Source: a virus. Taken from it: DNA of 64,000 nt. Made by a program: the position numbers and the translations under genes. Location of the stretch: positions 10,842 through 74,841 of IMG/VR virus record IMGVR_UViG_3300025684_000016. One strand, 5' to 3'. Shown one piece after another: positions 49,719 through 59,649 of this stretch. Within the stretch, counting starts at the first letter, position 1, and each line of letters begins with the position of its first letter. The notes below the pieces were generated by a model, which was given only the letters and a program-made list of their open reading frames with translations, was not told where the DNA came from and searched no databases.

Positions 49719-50831
49719 CTATTGTTTTTTTACATTAAAAAACCCATTTCCGTAAACAGATATTTCTCCAACGTTGTCTAATTCACCTAACCTTAGATTC
49801 ATTTCCAACACTCCTTGCTTTCCACGCTCAACAAACACGTCTGAATAAATAGACGGTTCATCAATAAATCCGATGAAATGTTCGTTTCTGGTTAACATTT
49901 TATTGAACACTTCTTCTTGTTCAAATGATGTCGTTGTACCTGTTATTGTCGTATGACCATCGTCGTAATCTCTATATGTTAGGTTATCAATAGTGTAACC
50001 TGAATATGTTAAACCAGCACTGTCAGTACCCGTTGTCACACCGTTATAGGTGTTTTGTCCATATTTTTTTAATTCTGATATTCTACTTCTACCCATCCCC
50101 GCAAAATATAATGTTGCGTCTGAATCATTATCAGTTATATCAAGATCATTGATATAATTTTGATTAGTTGTGATTGATTTGTAAGGAATTGTAAAAGGAC
50201 CAAAAGTTCCGTTCGGATTACTCACAGAAATATTTTTGGGTACTGTAATCTTTTTTGTTGTTTTTTTATTTGCCCACACATTATTTAATGAAATTGAGAC
50301 ATTATAAGTCCCAACAGCACTAAAAGTGTGTTGTAAAAATGCGAGGTTATTGCCTGTACCAACATTAATCGTATCGGTATTACCATCTCCCCAATCAACA
50401 TCAAACGTTTCGTTTACTATTATCTTTAAACTGTCCCGATCAATTGAGTTATATAACCTAACAGTATTTCCACCTGTTATTGTATAATTAAAATTACATA
50501 ATAATTCAACCTGTTGAATGTCACCATCAAAACCGACCATTCCACCCATTTCATCTGCCATAGATTCTAAATAAACAGGAAGGTCGTAAGTGTCATATGC
50601 TTGTTCTCTTGTGATTGTGCTCCATGATGTTCCACCCCATTTGTAATATCCTTCACTAAGACTTCCTGAATTGTAAACAACTTCGTTTACTTCAGGACCA
50701 ATATAAACCCCGTTGGATCCTGACCATGGAATGACATTATCATTTGGGTCGTACCATGTTTGATCAGTTAATGATGTTAACGATCCTGTCTGTATTGATT
50801 TTAATCTTAATGTGTATCGATTGTTTTCCAT
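49719..50831 (-). CDS. Structural protein with PKD-like Ig domain (370 aa)
   Basis: FDVDWGDG...HTFSAVGTYNVSI PKD signature. Confidence 0.7.
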   Translation of the reverse strand: MENNRYTLRLKSIQTGSLTSLTDQTWYDPNDNVIPWSGSNGVYIGPEVNEVVYNSGSLSEGYYKWGGTSWSTITREQAYDTYDLPVYLESMADEMGGMVGFDGDIQQVELLCNFNYTITGGNTVRLYNSIDRDSLKIIVNETFDVDWGDGNTDTINVGTGNNLAFLQHTFSAVGTYNVSISLNNVWANKKTTKKITVPKNISVSNPNGTFGPFTIPYKSITTNQNYINDLDITDNDSDATLYFAGMGRSRISELKKYGQNTYNGVTTGTDSAGLTYSGYTIDNLTYRDYDDGHTTITGTTTSFEQEEVFNKMLTRNEHFIGFIDEPSIYSDVFVERGKQGVLEMNLRLGELDNVGEISVYGNGFFNVKKQ

Positions 50832-50833
50832 AA

Positions 50834-51640
50834 TTAAGGTGTTGTGTCTTTCATTTCGTAAAAATTAATTGGTGATGCTGACGTACCAATTCGAGTACCC
50901 GCGACGTTGTTTACACTATCATATTCAGATATCATGTAGTTATATGTCGGAGCATTACTCTTATCCATCTCAACTATATAATATAAATCTTCCTCTTCTA
51001 CGGGTATTGAAAGATCACTAATTGCGTTATTTGTGAATTGTGAACGTTCTCCGTTAAATGCATTATGAAATTTAGCCGTCATATAAAACGTACCACCCGT
51101 TAAAAGTGTCTCCTCAAGTACGGTGTCATCTTCAAACCAAAAGAGATACATATTTTCTTTATTCTTAAATGGTGACCCATTAAAGACAGGAACTTTTATT
51201 TCTTGACCTGAAGTTAGTGTGACCTCTTCTCCAACCATTGGATTCAACATTTTAGAAAAAACCAATCTTCTATTTTGTCTATTAGGTGGATCATTGTCAG
51301 GTGTTTTATAGAATTCTAACTTAAAGAAACTATTTTTTAAATCTATCACGTTTTGATCTGTCTGTTCAATACCCACAATATTATAATCTAACCCAAGTGT
51401 ATATGAGTTTAGTTTTTTGAAATAGAAGTAAAACCAAATATCACTCTGTTGAATACCATTAGAGGTGTATGGTTTATGAATATACCTACACGTCTCATAA
51501 TTCTCCACAGGATTAATTATGTCCTCTAAAACCTCCCTTTCGTACGTTTGGAATGATTCATCCCAACCCGCATCAGTTCTGAAATTCTGATTAGTCCCTA
51601 TAACCAATTTCTTATCTCCGTTTTCGTTTCTTAATTTCAT
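50834..51640 (-). CDS. Structural protein of the baseplate region (268 aa)
   Basis: Tightly packed in the structural operon. Confidence 0.7.
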   Translation of the reverse strand: MKLRNENGDKKLVIGTNQNFRTDAGWDESFQTYEREVLEDIINPVENYETCRYIHKPYTSNGIQQSDIWFYFYFKKLNSYTLGLDYNIVGIEQTDQNVIDLKNSFFKLEFYKTPDNDPPNRQNRRLVFSKMLNPMVGEEVTLTSGQEIKVPVFNGSPFKNKENMYLFWFEDDTVLEETLLTGGTFYMTAKFHNAFNGERSQFTNNAISDLSIPVEEEDLYYIVEMDKSNAPTYNYMISEYDSVNNVAGTRIGTSASPINFYEMKDTTP

Positions 51641-53404
51641 TTAACAGTCATCATCATCACTTGTAAAGTTTTTAATCCCAACTCCCTTATTAAGGAATCG
51701 TTCTTCATTTCTAAACAAAAAGTTTATGTCGCTATGGACGTAGTGTTGGCCGTTGGTAAAAGGGTGATTTGTTCCAAAATTGTCAGGATCAACATACCCA
51801 TGATCGTATAAATCTCTCCATTTCCACACACCATTTAGTTCATCATATATTACATTTTCAGGTAAATTATGAATGTTATTTGTATTCGCAGTCTCAACAT
51901 AAGGTGATAATTCCCTTAGTTTTATTCTGTGGTGTGGTTGGTAGATTAACCCACTCGGATTAGTTTGACTAAGTCCCGCGAAAGTACCCTTCAAGGATGA
52001 CTGACCGTGATTAAAAATGAGGACATCCGAAGATATTTTATGAAACCCCTCACTTAGTATTGTTTCCTTAAAATCTTGTTCGTTATATTCGACAAATGCA
52101 CCATCTAATACAGTTCCCACAGGTAACTCATCACCCTGTTTGAAGGTGAAACCACTACTACTGACAGATGTAAATGGTAAATTCGTATCAGAACCCGAAA
52201 ACGAGTCATCAAATTGTTCATCCACCCAACTATTATGAAAATTAAACTTCCATCCGTTTCTTGGTGGGTAATTAAAATACCCATTTCTATTTCTGAATGT
52301 AGTTGTCAGATATACCTCAGTTGGTGTATAATTAAGGTTATTTCTTAATCCTTTAATATCTATTGCATTTTTAAAATGATACAATACCGATTCAGGTCTA
52401 TTCTGTTCGATATAAACATCATTTCTTTGATCCGCAGTTTCAAATTGTAATTTCCTTTCAATTTCAAAAATCGGTGTCTCAAACCCACAATTATCAATAA
52501 TACAATCATCCACGGTAGTTATTGTCTTATGTTTGTGTACGTAATATTTTGATGTGGTTTGTATAATGTTAGTTCTATCTAAACATCGTTGTCCGAAAAC
52601 AACACCAATAGAATCCATAATTGTAATTTGACTCGTAGTGAATTCTGATTTTGATATGTTTATAACATATAATTCAGATTCATAGTTATTATCTCCAACA
52701 GAAGTAATATTAAAAACCCTGTCAGATTTATTTACGTTTGTTAATGTTGTTCCCGAAAGAACAATATGTTCACCTAAAGACATATTATGTTTTATAGGAC
52801 TTATTAATTGGTATGAGGTATCGAAAACCTCAACTCTAAATGGTACTCCTGATTCAGCAGTGAAGTCGTACGTTGTGTTACCAGATAGGGTGTATTTCAT
52901 TGGGTAAGTACTATCATGATCATAAACATAACTCACATGGTAGTTCCAATTCCACGTAGACGAATCCAACACAGTTATTGTTGTATGGTCAGTTGTCCCC
53001 GTTAATGATATTGTTTGGTTGAATTGTCCAATTGTGGATCCTGTTGCGGTCGCGACTTCTCTAACCGTATCTCTCCTTATAAACGCAAATTCGTCATAGG
53101 GTAAATAACCCGTCCAATCACCATCTAATCCATCACCTAAATCGTATAAACTATTTTTAAGTGGAACGTAATCAGTTACACCACTATAAAGGTTACGAAA
53201 GATCATTTTGGTTTTACCAAATATTTTGTATTTAGTACTTTCGTTTCTTTCTTTTTTATATAACTCCGCAATATCAAGAATTATAGTTCTATCACCTTCA
53301 CGTAATAACTGTTCGTCTCTTTCAAGACCAATTTTAATATTTAAGTTTTCTGCATCAGATCCACTATATCTTTCAGTTGGGTGCACTATTTTCTTTTTTA
53401 TCAT
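51641..53404 (-). CDS. Structural protein of the baseplate region (587 aa)
   Basis: Tightly packed in the structural operon; ATGA overlap with the upstream gene. Confidence 0.7.
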   Translation of the reverse strand: MIKKKIVHPTERYSGSDAENLNIKIGLERDEQLLREGDRTIILDIAELYKKERNESTKYKIFGKTKMIFRNLYSGVTDYVPLKNSLYDLGDGLDGDWTGYLPYDEFAFIRRDTVREVATATGSTIGQFNQTISLTGTTDHTTITVLDSSTWNWNYHVSYVYDHDSTYPMKYTLSGNTTYDFTAESGVPFRVEVFDTSYQLISPIKHNMSLGEHIVLSGTTLTNVNKSDRVFNITSVGDNNYESELYVINISKSEFTTSQITIMDSIGVVFGQRCLDRTNIIQTTSKYYVHKHKTITTVDDCIIDNCGFETPIFEIERKLQFETADQRNDVYIEQNRPESVLYHFKNAIDIKGLRNNLNYTPTEVYLTTTFRNRNGYFNYPPRNGWKFNFHNSWVDEQFDDSFSGSDTNLPFTSVSSSGFTFKQGDELPVGTVLDGAFVEYNEQDFKETILSEGFHKISSDVLIFNHGQSSLKGTFAGLSQTNPSGLIYQPHHRIKLRELSPYVETANTNNIHNLPENVIYDELNGVWKWRDLYDHGYVDPDNFGTNHPFTNGQHYVHSDINFLFRNEERFLNKGVGIKNFTSDDDDC

Positions 53405-56400
53405 AATGGTCCAAATTTTTGTATAAACTTATTCCACGCAGTTTTTCCTGTTCTTAAACCAAAATAGAAGAAGAATGGTCCACCGATTGGGATTTTCGTA
53501 TCCGCATAGTTGTCATTATCACATTCTCGTATTGGTGGTAACAGTGAACCGTCGTAGTAATAACTACTAATTTCAACCGTTGGGTCCGCAGATGCACCAC
53601 CAAATGGGTCAGGGGTAGTCATTAATCCAACATAATCCCACCCTCCTTGATATTTTGTTGAATAAATATTATCTCTATGCCAATTCTGAGATTCTGTATC
53701 AGTAGTACCTACACCACCAAAACCATAACCTTTTTTATCCCATCTATAATACGGAACCTCTTGTGCTGTTTCGGTTAGATTACCCGCAGAGTTAATACAT
53801 AATCTAAGTAGTGTACCATCTTTTTCAATGATTGAGGTGTCTTCGTCATCCTCAGAAAAAACAAAATTTTTGCTTAGTGGTCCTGCACCGTCAAAATATT
53901 CCGCACCGTTTATAGGAAAATAAGGACTCTCAGGATCCTCATCGTCATACCCATATATTCCAAGTTGTGAATTAAAATTTAATAGTTGTACAATATCACC
54001 ATCCATCGAACCCCCACCTCTTTTATCAAAAAGATCCTTCACGTGAAGTTTACCTTGTTCTTTAACCTCTTTAGATGATATTACCCATTCCATAAGATCA
54101 TTAATATCTTGATATGATGTATTCCCGATACTTTTAGAAACCGAACAATTCACATCTAATTCAGGGTCTACACATATCTCTTTAATAAACATATTTCTTG
54201 GACCTAAATCCATAATCGTTGTTGGAAATAATATTTCAGGATTAAACTGACCAATTTCTTCATTTGTACCACCAATGAAATTAGTACCATCATGTGGTGT
54301 TGACCTATAATAGTAATGGACACCATTGTCATCTACATTACGGAATATTACATCTTTACAATATTTTGCATTATTTCCACCCTTTCTTCTTCTGAATTGG
54401 AAAAAGTAAAGTGAACCATTTAACCAACTATTAGTAAACATATAAGATGTTACTCCTGCACACATAAGTTTACCAAGTAATTTTCTTCGTGAATAGTTTA
54501 AAATTAATGCCCTATTTTTACCCGCAGCCGCAACTAAACTATATACCCCATCTCTAAATTCTGAGTGACCAGATGCAGTACCGTCTTGATCTCCACTATT
54601 TGAGGTCCACCCCGCTTTTAATGCAAGTCTCCTATCTCGTTTACCCATATAACCAGTCGTTTCATCCGCATATGCACTTACAGAAGCTACAATATCGTTT
54701 ACTGGTAATGTGTAGTTACATGGGTCCTCAGTGTCAATAAAGATATCAGGATAAGGGAAAGTACCTATACTTGGATGTTGTTCCCAATAAGCATAATCCT
54801 GTGTTCCTTGTGAGTTATTTAAAAGTGCCCTTAGATTCATATCACCATCAGCATCGTAAATTGTATCGTATTTTTCACAACCACTCTCCGACAAATCAGG
54901 TGGATTCTCAGTCGTTACCAATTCCGAAAGAAAGTAAATGGTGTGAATGGTGATGTTGTTTGCGCTTGAAAGTGCTGTATTCGGATAGGATAGTGGTAAA
55001 GTCGATTGTGTATCCGCACCTTGAGCACCATAGACATCATTATGTATTTTTGATGCAAGACCAAGAAAAGTAATCGTAGATTGAGGACCACCTTGGTTTA
55101 GTCCTTCATATGTGGACCCATACCCAACCCAAGCATACCCATAAGTTGCCGGTGTTATGGTTATCGGATTTCCATCATTATCAGTCCCCATTACCACGGC
55201 AGTTAAAGTGTATTTTATTATATAATTTTTTATTATACTACCACCACTAATTGTCACTGTTAAATCAGTATTAATTAAGGGATCCGAACTGTTTGGATCA
55301 AAAGAATGTGAAGAAGTGACGTTTGTTTGAACAGACGTAAGTCCTATAGTGGCATCCGCGAGATTATTAGGTGGGTCTGGTGTTTCAAAACTATAAGTAA
55401 AAGACCCACCCGTACCACTTGCTTCACCAGAGTTAGGGTCTAAAGTACATTCATAACAATCAGGGTAATTAATTAAACTCAACCTTCTTAGAGTGGTTAT
55501 TTGTATAGATCTTGCAAATTGTGCTATCCTATTTGAAATACCTTCAAACGGTCTCCATTTAAATGGCCAACCAAGATAGAAACTATATAAAGCCTCACTC
55601 AAGTCGAATAAGAATTCAACAATAAAATCAATTGCAAACTGAGTAACAACCAAATATATCCTCTCTAAGAAATTTAATATGATTATTATAAGAAACTTAA
55701 ACTTATGGTTTCTAACCGCATCTGTAATTGGAAAGTACTCATTATTATTCGCACAATCTTCTTCGATAGAAGGTTGTATTTCTTTAATTCCAATGAAAGA
55801 TTCATTTCTATCTTTCACAAAGAACGGAAATGTCCTTTCTCCCCAAGATTTATTGTGGTATTGATTAATGAATGAGGAAACTGTATAAATCCTATTATAT
55901 CTAAATGAATAAAAATAATCGTTTGAGAATCCATCGGCATTATTAACACCACCTATATCATCAAGTGCCTCAGTCGGATAATCATCAATTTTATCTGAAA
56001 ATGCATATGATTTTGGATTGATATTAGTACCTAACTGATATTCTTTAATTTGTGGTACCAAATATTTACCCCTGTACTGTTTCTTTTGACCATTATCATT
56101 TTGTAATGATAATCTGAATCGATAAGTGGATCTTGTTGCAATACCTTTATTACGGTCTTTTGTTGTTACGGTCTCACCAAATTCATTAGTGATGACATAT
56201 CTCATATTCATTGGTACCCTAAAAAAGAAGTTACCATTTTCATCTATTTCGGAGTCTAATTGTACCGCTTCAAGATGTGGTCTACGATAATTTAAAGTCC
56301 CATCCACATTTTTATCATACTCACCAGTAAATCGTATCGCTTCGATATTACCCTCACCAGTTATAAGTGAACATTTTTCACCCATTTGGTTGTCAACATT

Positions 56401-57216
56401 ACACTTAACCCTTATAGAGTCTTTACCACCATCAGTAAATGAACCACCCATCATAATGGAATATGGTTCAATACGGATTCCTTGTTCTTTTAAATCAAAA
56501 TCAGTTCTTGTAATACCAATCTCACATAAATCTTCATTACCCCAAAAAGGATAAATTTCAATGGTTTTTTCAAATGTTGTAATCTGTGGTAACCCCGCAA
56601 GGTTATTGGATTTCATGAAGGTATATCCGTTTTCGAATTTTTGTTCAGACACTCCCTCGTATATGAAATCGTAAGGGACAAGTGATTGACATCCCATATC
56701 GGACATGTCAACATCCACATGGATTACTTGTTGACCGACAGGAACACCCCATATCATGAAATCACCCGAATCGTTTGTCTTTACCGTGTATTTGTAATAT
56801 TTGTCATAAACCTCCAACACTTCTTCTCTCCCCAAGATATCTTCTTGATCGGGAAATGTACCTGTAGGTGTATGTCCCGTGTGTTGTTTTCTCGATGGTA
56901 GTAAATTATACTTATATCCATCGTCATTTGTTTCGGATGTTGAAGTATACGGATACAATGCACTTATAATCGGGTCATCACTATCCTCATCACTTAGTGG
57001 TATAAAGATTGAAACCCTTGCATTTGCAACACCATAACCATCATTAACAGAAATACGTCCCGCAACAACACCATAGTCCGCACAAAGCGAAGCGTAAACA
57101 TCTTGTTGTGTAAATTTCAGAGAAAGGATTTCTAAAAGATCATAGTCCTGTTTTAATTCAACAGTCAATTTTTGATCCTGACCTATCTCGGTTAGTATTC
57201 TGTGTTTTTGTATCAT
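53401..57216 (-). CDS. Large structural protein with N-terminal prealbumin/carboxypeptidase-regulatory-like fold and central hydrophobic helices (1271 aa)
   Basis: GVVAGRIS...GVANARVSIF...KTNDSGDFMIWGVPVG; hydrophobic FKFLIIIILNFL...YLGWPF segment. Confidence 0.65.
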   Translation of the reverse strand: MIQKHRILTEIGQDQKLTVELKQDYDLLEILSLKFTQQDVYASLCADYGVVAGRISVNDGYGVANARVSIFIPLSDEDSDDPIISALYPYTSTSETNDDGYKYNLLPSRKQHTGHTPTGTFPDQEDILGREEVLEVYDKYYKYTVKTNDSGDFMIWGVPVGQQVIHVDVDMSDMGCQSLVPYDFIYEGVSEQKFENGYTFMKSNNLAGLPQITTFEKTIEIYPFWGNEDLCEIGITRTDFDLKEQGIRIEPYSIMMGGSFTDGGKDSIRVKCNVDNQMGEKCSLITGEGNIEAIRFTGEYDKNVDGTLNYRRPHLEAVQLDSEIDENGNFFFRVPMNMRYVITNEFGETVTTKDRNKGIATRSTYRFRLSLQNDNGQKKQYRGKYLVPQIKEYQLGTNINPKSYAFSDKIDDYPTEALDDIGGVNNADGFSNDYFYSFRYNRIYTVSSFINQYHNKSWGERTFPFFVKDRNESFIGIKEIQPSIEEDCANNNEYFPITDAVRNHKFKFLIIIILNFLERIYLVVTQFAIDFIVEFLFDLSEALYSFYLGWPFKWRPFEGISNRIAQFARSIQITTLRRLSLINYPDCYECTLDPNSGEASGTGGSFTYSFETPDPPNNLADATIGLTSVQTNVTSSHSFDPNSSDPLINTDLTVTISGGSIIKNYIIKYTLTAVVMGTDNDGNPITITPATYGYAWVGYGSTYEGLNQGGPQSTITFLGLASKIHNDVYGAQGADTQSTLPLSYPNTALSSANNITIHTIYFLSELVTTENPPDLSESGCEKYDTIYDADGDMNLRALLNNSQGTQDYAYWEQHPSIGTFPYPDIFIDTEDPCNYTLPVNDIVASVSAYADETTGYMGKRDRRLALKAGWTSNSGDQDGTASGHSEFRDGVYSLVAAAGKNRALILNYSRRKLLGKLMCAGVTSYMFTNSWLNGSLYFFQFRRRKGGNNAKYCKDVIFRNVDDNGVHYYYRSTPHDGTNFIGGTNEEIGQFNPEILFPTTIMDLGPRNMFIKEICVDPELDVNCSVSKSIGNTSYQDINDLMEWVISSKEVKEQGKLHVKDLFDKRGGGSMDGDIVQLLNFNSQLGIYGYDDEDPESPYFPINGAEYFDGAGPLSKNFVFSEDDEDTSIIEKDGTLLRLCINSAGNLTETAQEVPYYRWDKKGYGFGGVGTTDTESQNWHRDNIYSTKYQGGWDYVGLMTTPDPFGGASADPTVEISSYYYDGSLLPPIRECDNDNYADTKIPIGGPFFFYFGLRTGKTAWNKFIQKFGPL

Positions 57217-57220
57217 ATAA

Positions 57221-57228
57221 TATAAATA
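57221..57228 (-). promoter_or_regulatory. Putative late promoter motif TATTTATA
   Basis: 4 nt upstream of ATG 57216. Confidence 0.6.
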
Positions 57229-57275
57229 GATTACAACCTATTTTCCCATTATAATAATAATACACAAAAAGTTAA

Positions 57276-59108
57276 TTAAAATGTAGTGGAAGAGAGAGTT
57301 TTTATTCTTACTTTAATATCTTTCTTAGGGAACCTAATTTGAAAAATTTGATTATTTTTCATGTAGATAGTAGAATCGGATTGTTGTATCTCCTTAGTTG
57401 CTTCACTAACATACCCCTGAGATACTTCTGCCATTGAATATTCACCTTCTGTTTTACCAAAAACTCTAAGGTCAACAACATTAACAACACCCACAACATC
57501 CCCAACGGTCTTCTTTAACTCACCAACAAATAATGGATCACCCATCTTTCTACCTTCAATTGTGAAGTAGTTTGTTGCCGATTCTATTACGTCTTTTAAA
57601 ACATCAGTTTGTGTTGTGTTTTTATCAATAACTAAATCAATTTCTAAACCTAAATCTATTACTTCACCACTAACAATATCCAAATAATCATTTATCATTC
57701 TATAGTTAGATAAATAATTTAAGATATTATTCTTTAATGTTGTTGAGACTGTGTCAGTTAAACTACCATCACTATTATATGAAAGTAATTTAATTCTGAT
57801 TTTGTTATCTTCCTCCATCACATTAACCTTTGCAGGTGCTCCGTATGTTGATGGCATTGTTTCTATTAATGACTTATAATCGTTAAGTGTAACCGCTCTA
57901 TTTTGTGCTGAAAAGTTATATCCAACCATATTTCTAATTTCTTCAATTGTTGGTTGATCAGCTCCACCAACAGCGGGAGTTACATTAGTAACCCTCAATG
58001 ATTGTACTACTTGATTATTTACATTGGTCAACGGACCGCTTACATTAAATTCCACATTATCTACACTTGTAATGACATTGACACCTAAATTCGTGTCTTT
58101 ACCACCTCCAATTCTGTATTTTATGAAAACCGTACTGTTTGCTCTTGGTGTTGCACCTAACGATAAGTTATTTAAATAAGACCCAAGACCAACCTTTAGA
58201 GACCCGTCGTTGAACGAATCTAAGTTATCTAACGGATCTACTGTTCCTGAACCAAAAGTCACTGACATGTAACCTTCTGGTGTATATTCACTAATGAATT
58301 TATTTGTAACCCTTTTATTATCACCAGCAATGAAATTCTTTTTGTCAGATGCCGATGTTGGGTTTGGTATGAAAACTTTATCTTCCATTAAAGATTTCAC
58401 CTCATACCACTTATTTGATGAGTTTGAAAATTCTGAAGATGATGGATTAGATGTAAAGTTTGTACCTTCTTTATGTATTACTGATACCACACCTAAAATA
58501 TTTTGTTCAGGTAAGTATAGTTTTAAAAATGGTTTTTGATCTTGTGTTGTAATTACTCTTCTATAAACTCTTGATACTCCATTTACCACCGCTTCACGTT
58601 TGGTTATGGTATATGATATTAATTTATTATTACTATCAAAATTAGGTATCTTTAATCTGTTTGGTTCACCTTTATTATTAAATGGGTTTGCAAAGTCAAT
58701 ATCTTCAATAGTTTCAAATGTTTGACCTCCACCCGAAACTTGAGCTCCTGATCTTACAATACCTAAGTATCTCTCATCCTCTTTGTCACCTCTTACAGGT
58801 ACATTGATTGATAAGTCACATAATGACACTGATGGTCGATTACCTGGTATTCTCATACCATATGTTTTTGCAATGTGAAACAAAGATTTCCTTTGTTGTG
58901 CGAAATCCAACATAGTTTCTTGCCATACTCTATCAATATGATAATGAAGGTTATCCCCGATAGCCGCGTTCAAATCCAATAACACCGAAAATATCGATGC
59001 GTCGTTTGTGTTCTGAACTAACTCAGGGTAGTACTCTTTACTTAGATTAACAAGTTCTTCTCTTAACCCTGCAAAATCTCTTGTTGAATATGATATTTTC
59101 TTCGCCAT
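57276..59108 (-). CDS. Baseplate wedge subunit (T4 gp6 / baseplate J-like)
   Basis: SYSTRDFAGLREEL, VTFGSG, YRIGGG..N, AVGGAD, AQNRAVTLNDY. Confidence 0.9.
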   Translation of the reverse strand: MAKKISYSTRDFAGLREELVNLSKEYYPELVQNTNDASIFSVLLDLNAAIGDNLHYHIDRVWQETMLDFAQQRKSLFHIAKTYGMRIPGNRPSVSLCDLSINVPVRGDKEDERYLGIVRSGAQVSGGGQTFETIEDIDFANPFNNKGEPNRLKIPNFDSNNKLISYTITKREAVVNGVSRVYRRVITTQDQKPFLKLYLPEQNILGVVSVIHKEGTNFTSNPSSSEFSNSSNKWYEVKSLMEDKVFIPNPTSASDKKNFIAGDNKRVTNKFISEYTPEGYMSVTFGSGTVDPLDNLDSFNDGSLKVGLGSYLNNLSLGATPRANSTVFIKYRIGGGKDTNLGVNVITSVDNVEFNVSGPLTNVNNQVVQSLRVTNVTPAVGGADQPTIEEIRNMVGYNFSAQNRAVTLNDYKSLIETMPSTYGAPAKVNVMEEDNKIRIKLLSYNSDGSLTDTVSTTLKNNILNYLSNYRMINDYLDIVSGEVIDLGLEIDLVIDKNTTQTDVLKDVIESATNYFTIEGRKMGDPLFVGELKKTVGDVVGVVNVVDLRVFGKTEGEYSMAEVSQGYVSEATKEIQQSDSTIYMKNNQIFQIRFPKKDIKVRIKTLSSTTF

Positions 59109-59109
59109 T

Positions 59110-59562
59110 TTATAAATTAATTATAACAAAATCTGATGAACTAAACGCACCATTATTAACCGTGTAGTCTATTTTAACTTTCGCCGTGTATGGTTTCGTT
59201 GATGAGTCCCCTAACCTAAATAACCTTTCGTCTGTTTCTTCGTCAACAGTAGTTACAGGATCAGTATCGTCTTCAGCAGATTGAACCTTTATTGAATTGA
59301 TATCTAAGTTTGGTAGATATGTCTTACACCCCTCACGAATTTCCTCCTCAATTAAATTAAAAGTCACAATGTCGTTCTGATCAAATATATATTCATATAT
59401 TCTCGTACCGAATTCTGGTAAGTAGTATCTACTTCCTTTCTTTGTCAAAATGAGATGTATAAGGTTAGCCCTTACCTCCTTTTCAGGTGAAGTGGTTAAC
59501 TTTAAATAATCTCCTGTTGTACTTTCTCTAAAAGGAAAGTCAATTCCATAGGTTAATGCCAT
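59110..59562 (-). CDS. Baseplate wedge/sheath initiator, gp25-like (likely start MALTYG at 59562)
   Basis: VRANLIHLILTKKGSRYYLPEFGTRIYEYIFD gp25 motif. Confidence 0.9.
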   Translation of the reverse strand: MALTYGIDFPFRESTTGDYLKLTTSPEKEVRANLIHLILTKKGSRYYLPEFGTRIYEYIFDQNDIVTFNLIEEEIREGCKTYLPNLDINSIKVQSAEDDTDPVTTVDEETDERLFRLGDSSTKPYTAKVKIDYTVNNGAFSSSDFVIINL

Positions 59563-59566
59563 ACTA

Positions 59567-59573
59567 ATAAATA
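59567..59573 (-). promoter_or_regulatory. Putative late promoter motif TATTTAT
   Basis: 4 nt upstream of ATG 59562, directly after the nrdA terminator. Confidence 0.6.
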
Positions 59574-59599
59574 TAAACATTACTAAAATGGTGTTAAAT

Positions 59600-59626
59600 A
59601 AAAAACCCCCATTTAAGGAGGTTTTT
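59600..59626 (-). terminator. Intrinsic terminator after nrdA
   Basis: AAAAACCTCCTTAAATGGGGGTTTTTT hairpin with U-tract. Confidence 0.7.
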
Positions 59627-59649
59627 AAAAAAATAAATAAAATATGATT

